Source: an uncultured Gammaproteobacteria bacterium (GTDB taxonomy: Bacteria; Patescibacteriota; Patescibacteriia; Buchananbacterales; UBA6539). Taken from it: a stretch of DNA of 64,000 nt. Of the stretch, positions 1 through 10,445 are shown piece after piece. The translations under genes were made by a program, and so were the position numbers. Within the stretch, counting starts at the first letter, position 1, and the number at the start of each line of letters is the position of its first letter. The stretch is taken from NCBI GenBank assembly GCA_964535715.1, contig CAZHUO010000001.1, positions 31,696 through 95,695 on the forward strand. Direction: 5' to 3'. A model generated the notes under the pieces. The model was given only the letters and a program-made list of their open reading frames with translations. It was not told where the DNA came from and did no database searches.

Positions 1-1
1 A

Positions 2-3000
2 GGAGATTCTGAAAGCGATTCAAGTGATAGGTTTTCACTGCCCGATTTGCCGGGATTTAATTTCGGCTCAACCGGCGAAAATGAAATATATACCGGAGAT
101 ACCGGGCTTGGATTTTACGGCGGCAGGCAGGGTGCTCAAAGCCGGTTTATTGATTTTTTAAACGCCGGCATCAGCGAAGTCGGCCAATATGATATTTTAA
201 CGAAATTTACCAGCTGTCCGGATTCAGCCAATCCCGGCCCGGATGAATGCGTAATTTTGTCCGGATTCAGGCAGGCGATAGAAAAGGAAATTACGCTTTC
301 TCAGGCGATTGAATCTGGCTACATTGCCGGCGACAAGCCTTTTGGCTCAATGCAATTTAACGGCCAGGAATCTTTGAGAAGCGGCTTTCCTTACAGAAGC
401 TTGCTGATTTTAAGATCGCACCGAGTTATTCCGGTGACTTGGGAAATTGCGGCGGCGGCAATTAATAAATTTGAAAAAGGCGGCTCAAGAAGCTTGAATG
501 AATTAATCGGTTCTTTTAATGATAAAAGTAGTATTTATTATGGATTAATTGATCCCGACTGGGTATTAAAGCTTCCTGAACATTATTGCAAGGCTCAGGG
601 ATACGGGGAAAAGATACTTTATGAAGAAGTGACTGAAGGAATTGACAACAACGCCGATGGCGATTTTAATGACGATTCAGATGTTCCGCCGATAAGGATG
701 GTCGGCCGAAGCCAATACTGCGCTGATTTTCAATCTTGCTTAAAAGAGACGGAAGATGGTGCCTGCATGTGGGGCTATTGTGTTGAAGAAAGGCGGATTT
801 GGGATTTGGATGCTTCTTCCTGTCCAAAAGAATTCAATACCTGCCAGACATTCCAGGGCCGAAGCGGCAATGTTTTCAGCGCTTTGCAGAATACTCTGGA
901 TTTCAATGGCTGTAATATTAATAATGTCGGCTGCCGCTGGTATTGCCAGCATTATAATCCAATCAGCAAAGTTTGGGATTGTACAAGCGAAAGCGAAAGA
1001 ACTTTAAATGTTTGCGTCGAATCAACTGTCGACAGCAACGGAGTAGCCGGTTGTGCGGTAGCGGCTAACTGTGATATTAATGAAGGCCAAAATAGATGTT
1101 TTGACCAAGGAAACGGGATTGAAGTAAAAATTAGCGAACCCTGCAGTTCAAGTTCGAAATGGTGGAATACTGCAACTGAAAAATGCAGCATTTTAAGCAG
1201 CGAGGCTGCTTGCACAATTCCCCGCAGCGGCATCCAGTGCTATACTAGCGGCTGTGAAAAGTTTGATAATTTATTATCTAATCCCAGCTTTGAAGTGCCG
1301 CCTCAGCCGAGAATTCCCGGAGTTTTGACTTTTGATATTGCCCAGAATTGGAAAATCAATGAAGCCTATATTAATTATTTTATTTTAGCCGGCGGCGACA
1401 GGGAGCAGGTTTATGACGGTTCAAACAGCTTAAGATTTTATAATAGCGGCACGAATGTTACTGCTGAAATCAATTCGGATGGAATCAATCTTGTTCCAGG
1501 AAAGCAATATACATTTTCAGGAAAAATTTATAACAATTTGGTTTCCGGCAAAGCCACAATAACCATAAACGGAACATCAAAGGAAATTACTGAAAGAAAA
1601 GAAGGCTGGCAATCTTTAGATTTTGAATTTCTTGGTGCAATTAATACAAGTATTAATATTCAAATTGGCGGGACAATTTCAAGCGGAGGACAGGTTGCCG
1701 GCAGTATTTGGTTTGATAATTTCAAAATTACCGAAAGCTGTTCGGTGAATCCGATTAAGCTCACATTAATCGGAACTATGGAAACTGATCAAAGCAAGCT
1801 TCATCTTGACCGCAATGCATCTGAATGTCCTTCAGATAAAGCCGGCTGTTCGGAGTTTATCAGGACAAAAGTCGGTTTGGGAACCAATTTATATAGAAAT
1901 TCCAGCTTTGAAATATGGCCAGAAGGCCAGCTTTTTCCGCCGGGCATGACTTATGGCGATCAATGGGAAACAAGCAATAGAATTGAAAAAATTTACAGCG
2001 GCCTTGAAGGTTCTTTAAGCGTTAAACTGATTAATGGCGGCGCAGTGGGCAAAGAGCATGATTTCCAGTCAGAAAGCATTATCGGCATGAAGCCGAATAC
2101 CGCTTATCGGATTTCCCTTTGGGCTAAATCGGATGAAAAGGTTGATTCAAAATGGTCTGTTGGAGTTCTTTATAAAAGATCTAACGGATCGATTAATCAT
2201 GACGATTTAACCATCAATGATAAAAAAGAGTTAAGCCTTAATTCGAATTGGCAGCACTATATTTTTAATGCTTATGGAACAGATATCGGCGGTTCTGAAT
2301 TTAAGATCAGTTTTAATAACGCAAGCACCGATCCGAATGTTCCAATTTATCTGGATGCCATTCAGATAGAAGAAGTGCCGTCAAGCAATTCATATTTTTC
2401 TGAATATAAAGATTACGGCAAGGTTAATTTGTCTTATATTAAAAAAGCTCCGGAATCCCTAGGCTGTAAAGGCTATACCAAAGAGCGGCCAAGCCCTTAT
2501 GTTATTGACGGCATAGTAGCTAAAGAACAATGCCAAGGTGAAAATTTAGTTTGGAAAAAAGCCTGTCTTGGCGGCGAAAATAACGGAAAAAATTGCAATA
2601 GTATTTCGGATTGTCCCAGCGGTTCATGCGTTCCACGGGGTTGCGAGGGAGACAAATGCTGCCATGAAATTGATCCGGCGGAATGCTATAGTTATTCCCC
2701 GTATTGTTTCGCTGATGAAGTCGGCTGCAATTCGTATAACCCGACTGAAGGAAATATATCAATCCAGTCGGTTGTTGCAAGAGATGATTATTGCCCGGCG
2801 GAGTGTATCGGCTATGATTCATATAAGCAATCGGCAACATATTTTGAAAGCAAAGAGGCTTTAGACTTCTTTATTCCTTCAACTGCCGTTTCTTGTACCG
2901 CGGCAGACGCCGGCTGCGATGAATTCACCAATTTGGATGAAATTTCTCAAGGCGGCGAAGCCAAGGAATATTATAAATATCTCCGGTTGTGCAAAAAACC

Positions 3001-6000
3001 CCAGGATGCTGATGCTTATTGCAAGACTTTTTATGCCTGGCAGGGTTCAAGTGAAACCGGCTATCAATTAAAGACTTATGTTTTATCAACCGCCAATGCC
3101 TTAAGTAATGAGCCAAAAAGTACAATCACTGATTTAGAAGATTGGCCAAGCGAGTGGTGCAGCGATAAAACGTTAGATGCAAACGGCCTGCCTAATTGCT
3201 GCAATGGTCCCGATGATTTGGAAAAAAATCCATTTTGCCGGGAATTTTATGATATTAATGGAACAATTTACTATAAAATTTATCAAAATACAATCAGCTG
3301 TTCAGACAACTGCCATCCTTTCCGCAAGACCCGCCTGGGAGAAAACGATTCGGATGCGGAGACAAATTGCAAAGCAAGCAACGGAAGCTGGGATTCTGCT
3401 AACTTAGTTTGCATTTATCAGGCCATACCCGGCCAGGGAATTGCCTGTTCCAGCCGCGCGATCGGCTGCCGGGAATACCGCGGAAATGCCGGTGCAAACA
3501 TTTTTACCGCGTTTTTTGAAGACTTTGAAAGCGGAACGGAAAGCGGCTGGAAAATCGGACAAATCCAAAGCGAAGCTTTGTCAATTGCCGGCCATTCAAT
3601 TATGAGCCAGTCTCTAAAATTAAAAACGTCGATAGGTGTTTTGACGGATTCTGCAGGTAATCCAATAAATTGCAATGATTTGACTTTACGGTCATGCGAT
3701 GCAAATAATCCGCAAGACTATAATTGTTATGATAGGGCGGCAAATGCCTGCAAGGCTAAAGATAGTGACCGGTCGGATATTTGCTTGGTGCAAGTAGGCG
3801 AACAATATTGCAGTGTTTTAGGCAATACGATAAAGCCGAAAAAGACCTATTTGATTTCTTTTTGGGCGAAGAGCGCTTCCGCCAATATTGTACAGGATTT
3901 GGAAATTAAATTTATAAATAATAACGATGTTTCAGATGTTCTAACTCCGCAAAAAATAAATATCCAGCCGGATTGGGATTATTATCTGTTTGGTCCGTAT
4001 AAGGCGGAAAATATTATCAGAGCCGACGGCGCCATTGATCCGTCAATCGCCATAGATTTTGCTTCAAGAACAGGAGAATTTTATGTTGATAACTTAAGGA
4101 TTCAGGAAGTTAAAAATTATGTTTATGTAAATAAGGGCACCTGGGCAACTCCGCAGAGCTGCGACCAAAATCCGTTTGTTGAAAACGGCCCGATTAGGGC
4201 GCCTCAATTCATGCTTGGCTGCAAGCAGTATTTGGATATTTCAAATTTAGTCCATAATTTGAGGTCGTTCAATAAATTGTGCCGGGAAATCGCCGTTGGC
4301 TGCGAAGCGATGATTGATACTAATAATTCAACCTCTCCGTTCAGCGAGACTTTCAATCAAAATGACATATATGACAATGGCACTGATTATACAACCGATG
4401 ATGATGTTGATTTTTCCCTGACTGTTCCGCAAGACAAGCTGGTATATATTGTCAACCGCCTTGCTTATCAATGCGAACAGCCGTATAAAGGCTGTCAAAT
4501 TTTGGGGCTGCCGTTAATTAATATAAATAATGAAGTTGTCGGTTATAATACGGTGAGCAAGATTAATAATCCCGATGATTATGCTAATTCATTATGCAGA
4601 AATTCCGAAGTCAGCTGCGAGGAATTTTCTTCAGGCAACAAATTTTCATATTTCAAGTCTCCGGGCCAAAAGACCTGTGAATATCGGCAGATTCCCAATC
4701 AGTCAAAATTTGCCTGGTATAAAACCGGTTCAATATCGGTTAATCCGGATTGTCCGATAAAGCAGCCGCCTTTAGGGACGGTTCATCCAAAGAGCGGCTG
4801 GGTCGGCTTATGTCCCGAACAATACAATAATTGCACCCAATTTGTCGATTCGGCGACAAAATTCGGCAAAAATTTGATCTTCAATTATGATTTTGGAATG
4901 GATATTGACAGGGATACCGGAGGAATTCCCGATGGCTGGTATCAAGAGGCCGCAGCAGCGAATGTGGAATTATTTCAAAAAATAAAAGTTCAGCAGGGAA
5001 AATTATATATTTTCGGAGTCACCAGCAATGCTGATCCAGCAACAGTTGATCCTCTTCTTGGCTATTCGCCAAATCCGCTGCTGAAAGATACTGATTTCAA
5101 ATTTGAAATCAGGGGCTGTGAATCAATCAGTTCTTTTGATCACTCTTTGATTGAAGAAAAAAATTGTGCAGATAAAACTACGGGAAATCTGGTATTGCCA
5201 AAAGCAGCATGTCAAAACGATAGTGATTGCGGCTCCAATCGCTGTGCTAAAATTTTAGCCATGCCGCCTGAAGTCTATCAAAATGATGACAGGACAAATG
5301 AAACTATTTCCGGGCTTAGGGGAGAAAGGGAATATACCGGCAGATTTTTCAGTCCTTTTGACCAGTATTGCGAAATAAGAATAATTGCCAGTCCTGAAGC
5401 CGACTTTATAGCTAAAGTAAGAAAGAATTTAAATAAAGTTTCAGCCAGAGAGGCGCTTGTCAATTATGCCTTAAGCGATACGGTTGACAAAATGAGCTGC
5501 AATGGCGTGGCTGACGAAAAAGCCGGCTGCGTGCTTTTCAACGACCGAAGCTATGTCAATTATCGGCTCGGCGAAGATGATATAAGCTACTTGGCTTTTG
5601 ATGCTGATATTTCAGGCAGATCGTCCGGCAATGAATTAATAAACAACGGCTTGCCGGTTATGGAAAGCAACACTTCGGCCTATCGGGTTGATTCAAATAT
5701 TGTTTTAAAAACAAAGCCTGACCGCGAATGCGAAGCTTGGATTTATCCAAACAGCTTTACCAATTTTTCCGAAGAGAAAGTTGAAAGGAATTTTTCCACC
5801 AGCATTATTACCTGCAACTCAATGGAAAGCGACGGCAGCTGCAGCGGTTTTGCCTTTAATAACAACAAGCTGGGTACTTGCCGGATAGATTCGTCGACAC
5901 CACCCGTGTCTTCCTGCATAAACGATTCAGACTGTTCAGCTGGATTTAAATGCTTCAGGCAGTCTTATGATTATTATAATAATCCGGAGCAAGTTAAAAA

Positions 6001-9000
6001 TCTAAGCGGTTTCAGCAAACCGGGATATTATTTCGCCAAAGGCGGAGTCTGTACCGCCGGACAAGCCGCTGGTGCAAGCTGTATAGACGATTTTCAATGC
6101 GCCCTTGTTGCCGGCAGTTGCGATAAATTCGTTTTTGGCTATTATCCTTTTTCGGAAATGAAACAGTTAGGCGGCCTTACTATATCGCAAAGCACTGATT
6201 TCGAAGCCGGAATATTAAAGCCTTATGGCTGGATTTTGGATGATCTTCTTCCTTTAAATAGTGAGCCGCCGGATTTTTCCAAGGCAGAATGGAAGCCAGG
6301 ATATGCAATGCTTATTAATAATCCGGTTAGTGCCCAGCAGCAGGGAATTGACCCGTTTGCGCCGTCTGGACGGGCTTTTGTCAGAGTTAGCGGCCCATTC
6401 AGAATAAAATCAGAAGAAATCGAGGCTTTTAGCAGTACCGAATATTTTATTTCCGGTTATCTGAATACCGTTAATTTGGCCGAAGGAAGCGGTCTTATCT
6501 CAATCAGGGAATTGGATGGAGATGGCAATAAAATCGGCAGCGACAAGCCTTTATTGAGGCTTCAAAAAGGCAATGGCTGGTCGCTTTTGACTAATAATTT
6601 TATAACCGAATCAGCTACTGCAAGGCTAGAGGTGATATTAAGCAATTGGAATGATAATGGCGGATTACATGATGGGGTTTCTGGCGATACTTATTTTGAT
6701 GATGTGAAAATCCGCCCGGTGCTGAAAGCCGCCGGCCTGGAATTCGATGATACTTATATTGTTCCAAGCTGCCGAATTTATCCGGCATCCGATTCTTTAA
6801 GCTGTGATTATTATACCGATAAAAATTACCGCTTGCGCGGCTGGCTTGGCTATTGCCTGCAGCCCGATCCGGCCAATGCAAGCCAGTGCCTGCTTTGGTG
6901 GCCGGTTGATTTGATTGAAGGCGGCTATGCTCCGGAACAGCCTTCGAATATCCCGTCGCCTTTATATTATTGCCTGGGTGCGGTTGAAGACCTTTATTAT
7001 TTGAATAAATGCTTATTTGAAAACGGAGAGCTGTGTTCTTCGGTTAATTCCAGGCCGAACAGTTCAGAAACTTTGCCAAGAATTTTCAGCTGGGAAGTGC
7101 CGCAAGATTGGAAAATTCAGGACTGGCAGATTCAAAATATTTCCGCCGGCGCCATGATAGTTGACTGCAATCCTCCGGAAAGCGGCGCTCCGTATTGCCA
7201 GACACAGACAGCTTATTCCAGGCTGGTTTTCAATCGGCATCCTTTGGAGGAAAATGCCTGGGTCAACAGAGACGGCATCAAGGCAAAATTAAATTATAGC
7301 AGCCAGGGCCTTTTGGAAAGCATTGATTTTGAAGTTTTAGGCGCTAATTGCGTTTGTAATAATATTGACATTACTTTTGTCATTAAAAATATTTGGTGCC
7401 GGTATTTGGTCCAGACAGTGACGCTATTTGGCCAAAACAAAGCCTGGTTTAATCGGATTTCCGAAGAAGGCGCCAAAAGATTTGTCATTCCCGGTCTTGG
7501 CTATCTTGAAAGCGCTGATTATTTGCTTTTTGGATCGGCAGTTCCGCCCGAGCCGGCCGGCGAACCGGAAGCCTGGAATTTGTCTGACGATTCTTGGATT
7601 CGGCCTTTGCTGGTTGCCCGGCCTTATTTTGAAATGTTTGAAGCTCCCTATCAGGCAAGGGCGGGTACTCCGTATGCCTGCGTTCAGGGTTCAGCCGCTT
7701 TTTGGGGCAAGCCTTGCAGTTATCCCGGGGAATCAGGCGTAACAAATATCATTGCTTGGAGCCAAAATTCAGATAATTCAAAAGATCCTTTAGAACATTT
7801 TATAAATTACTATGGCAAAGAAAGCTTAATGCGCTTATTTGCCAGAACCTACGGCTCATGGGAATTCCAGGGCTATGGCGTTTGCCGGCCGGATCCATCA
7901 TTGGAAACCCCGCCCGTGCCAATAGAAGCTATTTGCGCCTGTCCGGAAAGCGAATGTGCAAAACTTGATAAGGACATCACTTATAAGGCATGTGGAAAAG
8001 GAATTTGCTCTTATTTTGATGAGGGCGGGCGATTAATTCCCGACTCCAGCGATGAAGCGTTGGTTCCGGATAATATCGTCAAATGCGAAACGGATCAAGA
8101 ATGTTTGGATAGTCGCTCATGCGAAAACAATGTGTGCAAGGGAACATTGGGCGTTGGATGCACCACTCATTTGGATTGTCCGATATCGTTTTGCATCCCA
8201 ACCGGCCAGTCCTGCGAAGTCGATCTTTGGGATTGCATTTCACTGAAACAATTAATTTCAGATGCCGCCACAATGGTTATCCAAACCTTTTATACCGATA
8301 GCTATTTAACTATTGAATTGGTTATTGTCTTAATTGTTGTAAAACTAATTGGCATGATACTGCTTTCTTGCGGCCCGAAAAGTTGCAGTAATAGTAGTGG
8401 CTGCGATATAGGTGAAGGCACGTGTATTTCGTTTATTTCTTACCTTCTTTTAAATTGGGGAATCAGTGACTCAGACGATCCCAATGGGCTTGATTGGGTT
8501 ATTAATTCTTTAATTGCTCCGATTTTAGGCACGATGACCGGTGACGCCAGTGATGGTAGTGGCAATGTTATACAAAATATTTTAAATTTAATAGGCTTAG
8601 GAGAATCTAATGAAACTCTTTTTGAAAGCGATGTTGGAATTTTTGCCTTTATCGGGGATATTTTCGGCGAGCAGTTAGGCACTGTTTTGGGAAGCGTGTG
8701 CAGTAATACTCCTTTCCGTTGCTCAGGAGGTAAAAAGCAAAGATGCTGCTGGTGGAGCAACTGTAATCCTTTTACAACCAGCCAAAGCCGATGCGAAGCC
8801 GGGCCTTTTGCCGGAAAGATTTGTTCAACTGCTTCTGTGGATGAAAGCGGAGATCAATGTCCAGAAGATTATATTTGCGAGCTTAAAAGCGAAACCTCGT
8901 CTTATATTGATGTATCCGGTTTTGACTGGAAAGAGCCGATTTCATCGTGTCCAAATAATGTAAGGCCTTTGGGGTACTGTGAAGGCGGAATCTATGATAA

Positions 9001-10231
9001 GCTGCCATGCTTCAATAATGAAAGCTGCATTGGCTTTAAAGGCAAGTGCGATGAAAATCAAATATGCGTTACATCTGAAGTAAACAAATATATTCCGCAA
9101 ATCGCTTCTTTTGATACGGTATGCAGTAATGGTGCATATGCAATTTGGGTGCAAAATATCTGTAAGTATGATTTAGGGGAGTTTGATGAAACCGCTGAAT
9201 TTATTATGTCTTCAAGGCCATTTGTTAGACTTGAAGTTTGCAGTGGAGATAGTACTATGTCTTGTACAAGCGATGCTCAATGTATAGATGGTCATGGTGT
9301 CAGTCATGGATTTTGTGTCTTGGTTGCTACCTCTCCCCTCCCGACAATTGATGGAGAAACATGTACTGGTCAAATGCCTGGTTCTGCGAATGCTGGTTAT
9401 GTTGGAGAAATAAAAAATGTGCCATTAAAATTATGTTCAAATAATAAAAGTAAAACTTGTGACAATAGTAGTGATTGTGATGGTAATAGTTGTGATTTTA
9501 TAAAAGATTTAAGATTATGCGTCATTGAAGAGCAGCATTATTTATTGTATAAAGAAAATACTACTGATATTTTATGCACTGATCAAAATGTTACTGATTT
9601 AAAAAATTGCAAAGATCTTCCTGGCTATAATCCATGCAATGAGGGAGATAGTTGGGATAACAATAAATATTGTTATAAAGATTCGGTCCTGCCGGTTATT
9701 TCAGCTGACTGCAATGCTGGTTCCCCGGGAAAAGTCTGCTATTCCGAAACTAGCTGCAGTATTAGCGGCGGAGATTATTGCGCTGTTTATCCGACAATCA
9801 CTTATTTTTCAGTCAATGGAAAAGAAGGATCGTCAATTCAGATATACGGAACGGGAAGCATTGTTTTGAATTTCACCGCTGAAATCGATGAAGCCCAGCT
9901 GCCTATGACCGGTTATGCTATAAATTGGGGTGATGATACTAAAAGCTCGGTCAGCGGCCAGTTGCTTGCTGTTCATTCAAGCAAGGAAAATCCTTTTAAG
10001 GCAACTCATTTCTATTCCTACTGGGATTTATTGGCTTTAGATCAAGCCGGAAAGCTTTACTGCGGACAGGCCCCTGGTGATAAATGCTGCAAGCCCGAAG
10101 AATCAGTATGTGTTGTTGTTCCTATGGTTCGGGTTACTGATAATTGGGGCTGGTGCAGCGGGGGGCAGCACGGCTCAGCTTGCCAAAGCAGTTGGACTCG
10201 ATTCGGCGGCCAAATTGTTGTTATGCCGTAG
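2..10231 (+). CDS. Giant (>3400 aa) cysteine-rich putative surface protein with several CBM4/9-like jelly-roll domains and a C-terminal PKD-like domain; 5' end lies outside the window
   Basis: Frame is open from base 2. Repeated NLLxNxSFE / FEDFES ... FDxVxI motifs (CBM-like), many CxxDxDC modules, INWGD near the C-terminus. Confidence 0.75.
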   Translation, partial: GDSESDSSDRFSLPDLPGFNFGSTGENEIYTGDTGLGFYGGRQGAQSRFIDFLNAGISEVGQYDILTKFTSCPDSANPGPDECVILSGFRQAIEKEITLSQAIESGYIAGDKPFGSMQFNGQESLRSGFPYRSLLILRSHRVIPVTWEIAAAAINKFEKGGSRSLNELIGSFNDKSSIYYGLIDPDWVLKLPEHYCKAQGYGEKILYEEVTEGIDNNADGDFNDDSDVPPIRMVGRSQYCADFQSCLKETEDGACMWGYCVEERRIWDLDASSCPKEFNTCQTFQGRSGNVFSALQNTLDFNGCNINNVGCRWYCQHYNPISKVWDCTSESERTLNVCVESTVDSNGVAGCAVAANCDINEGQNRCFDQGNGIEVKISEPCSSSSKWWNTATEKCSILSSEAACTIPRSGIQCYTSGCEKFDNLLSNPSFEVPPQPRIPGVLTFDIAQNWKINEAYINYFILAGGDREQVYDGSNSLRFYNSGTNVTAEINSDGINLVPGKQYTFSGKIYNNLVSGKATITINGTSKEITERKEGWQSLDFEFLGAINTSINIQIGGTISSGGQVAGSIWFDNFKITESCSVNPIKLTLIGTMETDQSKLHLDRNASECPSDKAGCSEFIRTKVGLGTNLYRNSSFEIWPEGQLFPPGMTYGDQWETSNRIEKIYSGLEGSLSVKLINGGAVGKEHDFQSESIIGMKPNTAYRISLWAKSDEKVDSKWSVGVLYKRSNGSINHDDLTINDKKELSLNSNWQHYIFNAYGTDIGGSEFKISFNNASTDPNVPIYLDAIQIEEVPSSNSYFSEYKDYGKVNLSYIKKAPESLGCKGYTKERPSPYVIDGIVAKEQCQGENLVWKKACLGGENNGKNCNSISDCPSGSCVPRGCEGDKCCHEIDPAECYSYSPYCFADEVGCNSYNPTEGNISIQSVVARDDYCPAECIGYDSYKQSATYFESKEALDFFIPSTAVSCTAADAGCDEFTNLDEISQGGEAKEYYKYLRLCKKPQDADAYCKTFYAWQGSSETGYQLKTYVLSTANALSNEPKSTITDLEDWPSEWCSDKTLDANGLPNCCNGPDDLEKNPFCREFYDINGTIYYKIYQNTISCSDNCHPFRKTRLGENDSDAETNCKASNGSWDSANLVCIYQAIPGQGIACSSRAIGCREYRGNAGANIFTAFFEDFESGTESGWKIGQIQSEALSIAGHSIMSQSLKLKTSIGVLTDSAGNPINCNDLTLRSCDANNPQDYNCYDRAANACKAKDSDRSDICLVQVGEQYCSVLGNTIKPKKTYLISFWAKSASANIVQDLEIKFINNNDVSDVLTPQKINIQPDWDYYLFGPYKAENIIRADGAIDPSIAIDFASRTGEFYVDNLRIQEVKNYVYVNKGTWATPQSCDQNPFVENGPIRAPQFMLGCKQYLDISNLVHNLRSFNKLCREIAVGCEAMIDTNNSTSPFSETFNQNDIYDNGTDYTTDDDVDFSLTVPQDKLVYIVNRLAYQCEQPYKGCQILGLPLININNEVVGYNTVSKINNPDDYANSLCRNSEVSCEEFSSGNKFSYFKSPGQKTCEYRQIPNQSKFAWYKTGSISVNPDCPIKQPPLGTVHPKSGWVGLCPEQYNNCTQFVDSATKFGKNLIFNYDFGMDIDRDTGGIPDGWYQEAAAANVELFQKIKVQQGKLYIFGVTSNADPATVDPLLGYSPNPLLKDTDFKFEIRGCESISSFDHSLIEEKNCADKTTGNLVLPKAACQNDSDCGSNRCAKILAMPPEVYQNDDRTNETISGLRGEREYTGRFFSPFDQYCEIRIIASPEADFIAKVRKNLNKVSAREALVNYALSDTVDKMSCNGVADEKAGCVLFNDRSYVNYRLGEDDISYLAFDADISGRSSGNELINNGLPVMESNTSAYRVDSNIVLKTKPDRECEAWIYPNSFTNFSEEKVERNFSTSIITCNSMESDGSCSGFAFNNNKLGTCRIDSSTPPVSSCINDSDCSAGFKCFRQSYDYYNNPEQVKNLSGFSKPGYYFAKGGVCTAGQAAGASCIDDFQCALVAGSCDKFVFGYYPFSEMKQLGGLTISQSTDFEAGILKPYGWILDDLLPLNSEPPDFSKAEWKPGYAMLINNPVSAQQQGIDPFAPSGRAFVRVSGPFRIKSEEIEAFSSTEYFISGYLNTVNLAEGSGLISIRELDGDGNKIGSDKPLLRLQKGNGWSLLTNNFITESATARLEVILSNWNDNGGLHDGVSGDTYFDDVKIRPVLKAAGLEFDDTYIVPSCRIYPASDSLSCDYYTDKNYRLRGWLGYCLQPDPANASQCLLWWPVDLIEGGYAPEQPSNIPSPLYYCLGAVEDLYYLNKCLFENGELCSSVNSRPNSSETLPRIFSWEVPQDWKIQDWQIQNISAGAMIVDCNPPESGAPYCQTQTAYSRLVFNRHPLEENAWVNRDGIKAKLNYSSQGLLESIDFEVLGANCVCNNIDITFVIKNIWCRYLVQTVTLFGQNKAWFNRISEEGAKRFVIPGLGYLESADYLLFGSAVPPEPAGEPEAWNLSDDSWIRPLLVARPYFEMFEAPYQARAGTPYACVQGSAAFWGKPCSYPGESGVTNIIAWSQNSDNSKDPLEHFINYYGKESLMRLFARTYGSWEFQGYGVCRPDPSLETPPVPIEAICACPESECAKLDKDITYKACGKGICSYFDEGGRLIPDSSDEALVPDNIVKCETDQECLDSRSCENNVCKGTLGVGCTTHLDCPISFCIPTGQSCEVDLWDCISLKQLISDAATMVIQTFYTDSYLTIELVIVLIVVKLIGMILLSCGPKSCSNSSGCDIGEGTCISFISYLLLNWGISDSDDPNGLDWVINSLIAPILGTMTGDASDGSGNVIQNILNLIGLGESNETLFESDVGIFAFIGDIFGEQLGTVLGSVCSNTPFRCSGGKKQRCCWWSNCNPFTTSQSRCEAGPFAGKICSTASVDESGDQCPEDYICELKSETSSYIDVSGFDWKEPISSCPNNVRPLGYCEGGIYDKLPCFNNESCIGFKGKCDENQICVTSEVNKYIPQIASFDTVCSNGAYAIWVQNICKYDLGEFDETAEFIMSSRPFVRLEVCSGDSTMSCTSDAQCIDGHGVSHGFCVLVATSPLPTIDGETCTGQMPGSANAGYVGEIKNVPLKLCSNNKSKTCDNSSDCDGNSCDFIKDLRLCVIEEQHYLLYKENTTDILCTDQNVTDLKNCKDLPGYNPCNEGDSWDNNKYCYKDSVLPVISADCNAGSPGKVCYSETSCSISGGDYCAVYPTITYFSVNGKEGSSIQIYGTGSIVLNFTAEIDEAQLPMTGYAINWGDDTKSSVSGQLLAVHSSKENPFKATHFYSYWDLLALDQAGKLYCGQAPGDKCCKPEESVCVVVPMVRVTDNWGWCSGGQHGSACQSSWTRFGGQIVVMP

Positions 10232-10295
10232 GCTATTTTTAAAAGTTTATAAAAGCAAGTAAAAGTAAATTAGAAGTAAATTAAGAATTAAGTAA

Positions 10296-10414
10296 CGGGC
10301 AAGCGCCTCAACAGCCAGATTAGGCAACGGGGTTCTTGACCCGTTGACTAACGGGTTTAACCCCGTTGATGCAAAGAGAAATTTGCCAAGTTGAGACTAA
10401 AGTCTCAACGCCCG
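10296..10414. repeat. Cluster of REP-like palindromes
   Basis: CAACGGGG..CCCGTTG (10325-10346), AACGGG..CCCGTT (10350-10367), GTTGAGACT..AGTCTCAAC (10390-10409), enclosed by CGGGC/GCCCG. Confidence 0.6.
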
Positions 10415-10445
10415 AATTGAAAATGATTTTAAAAAAATTAAAATA

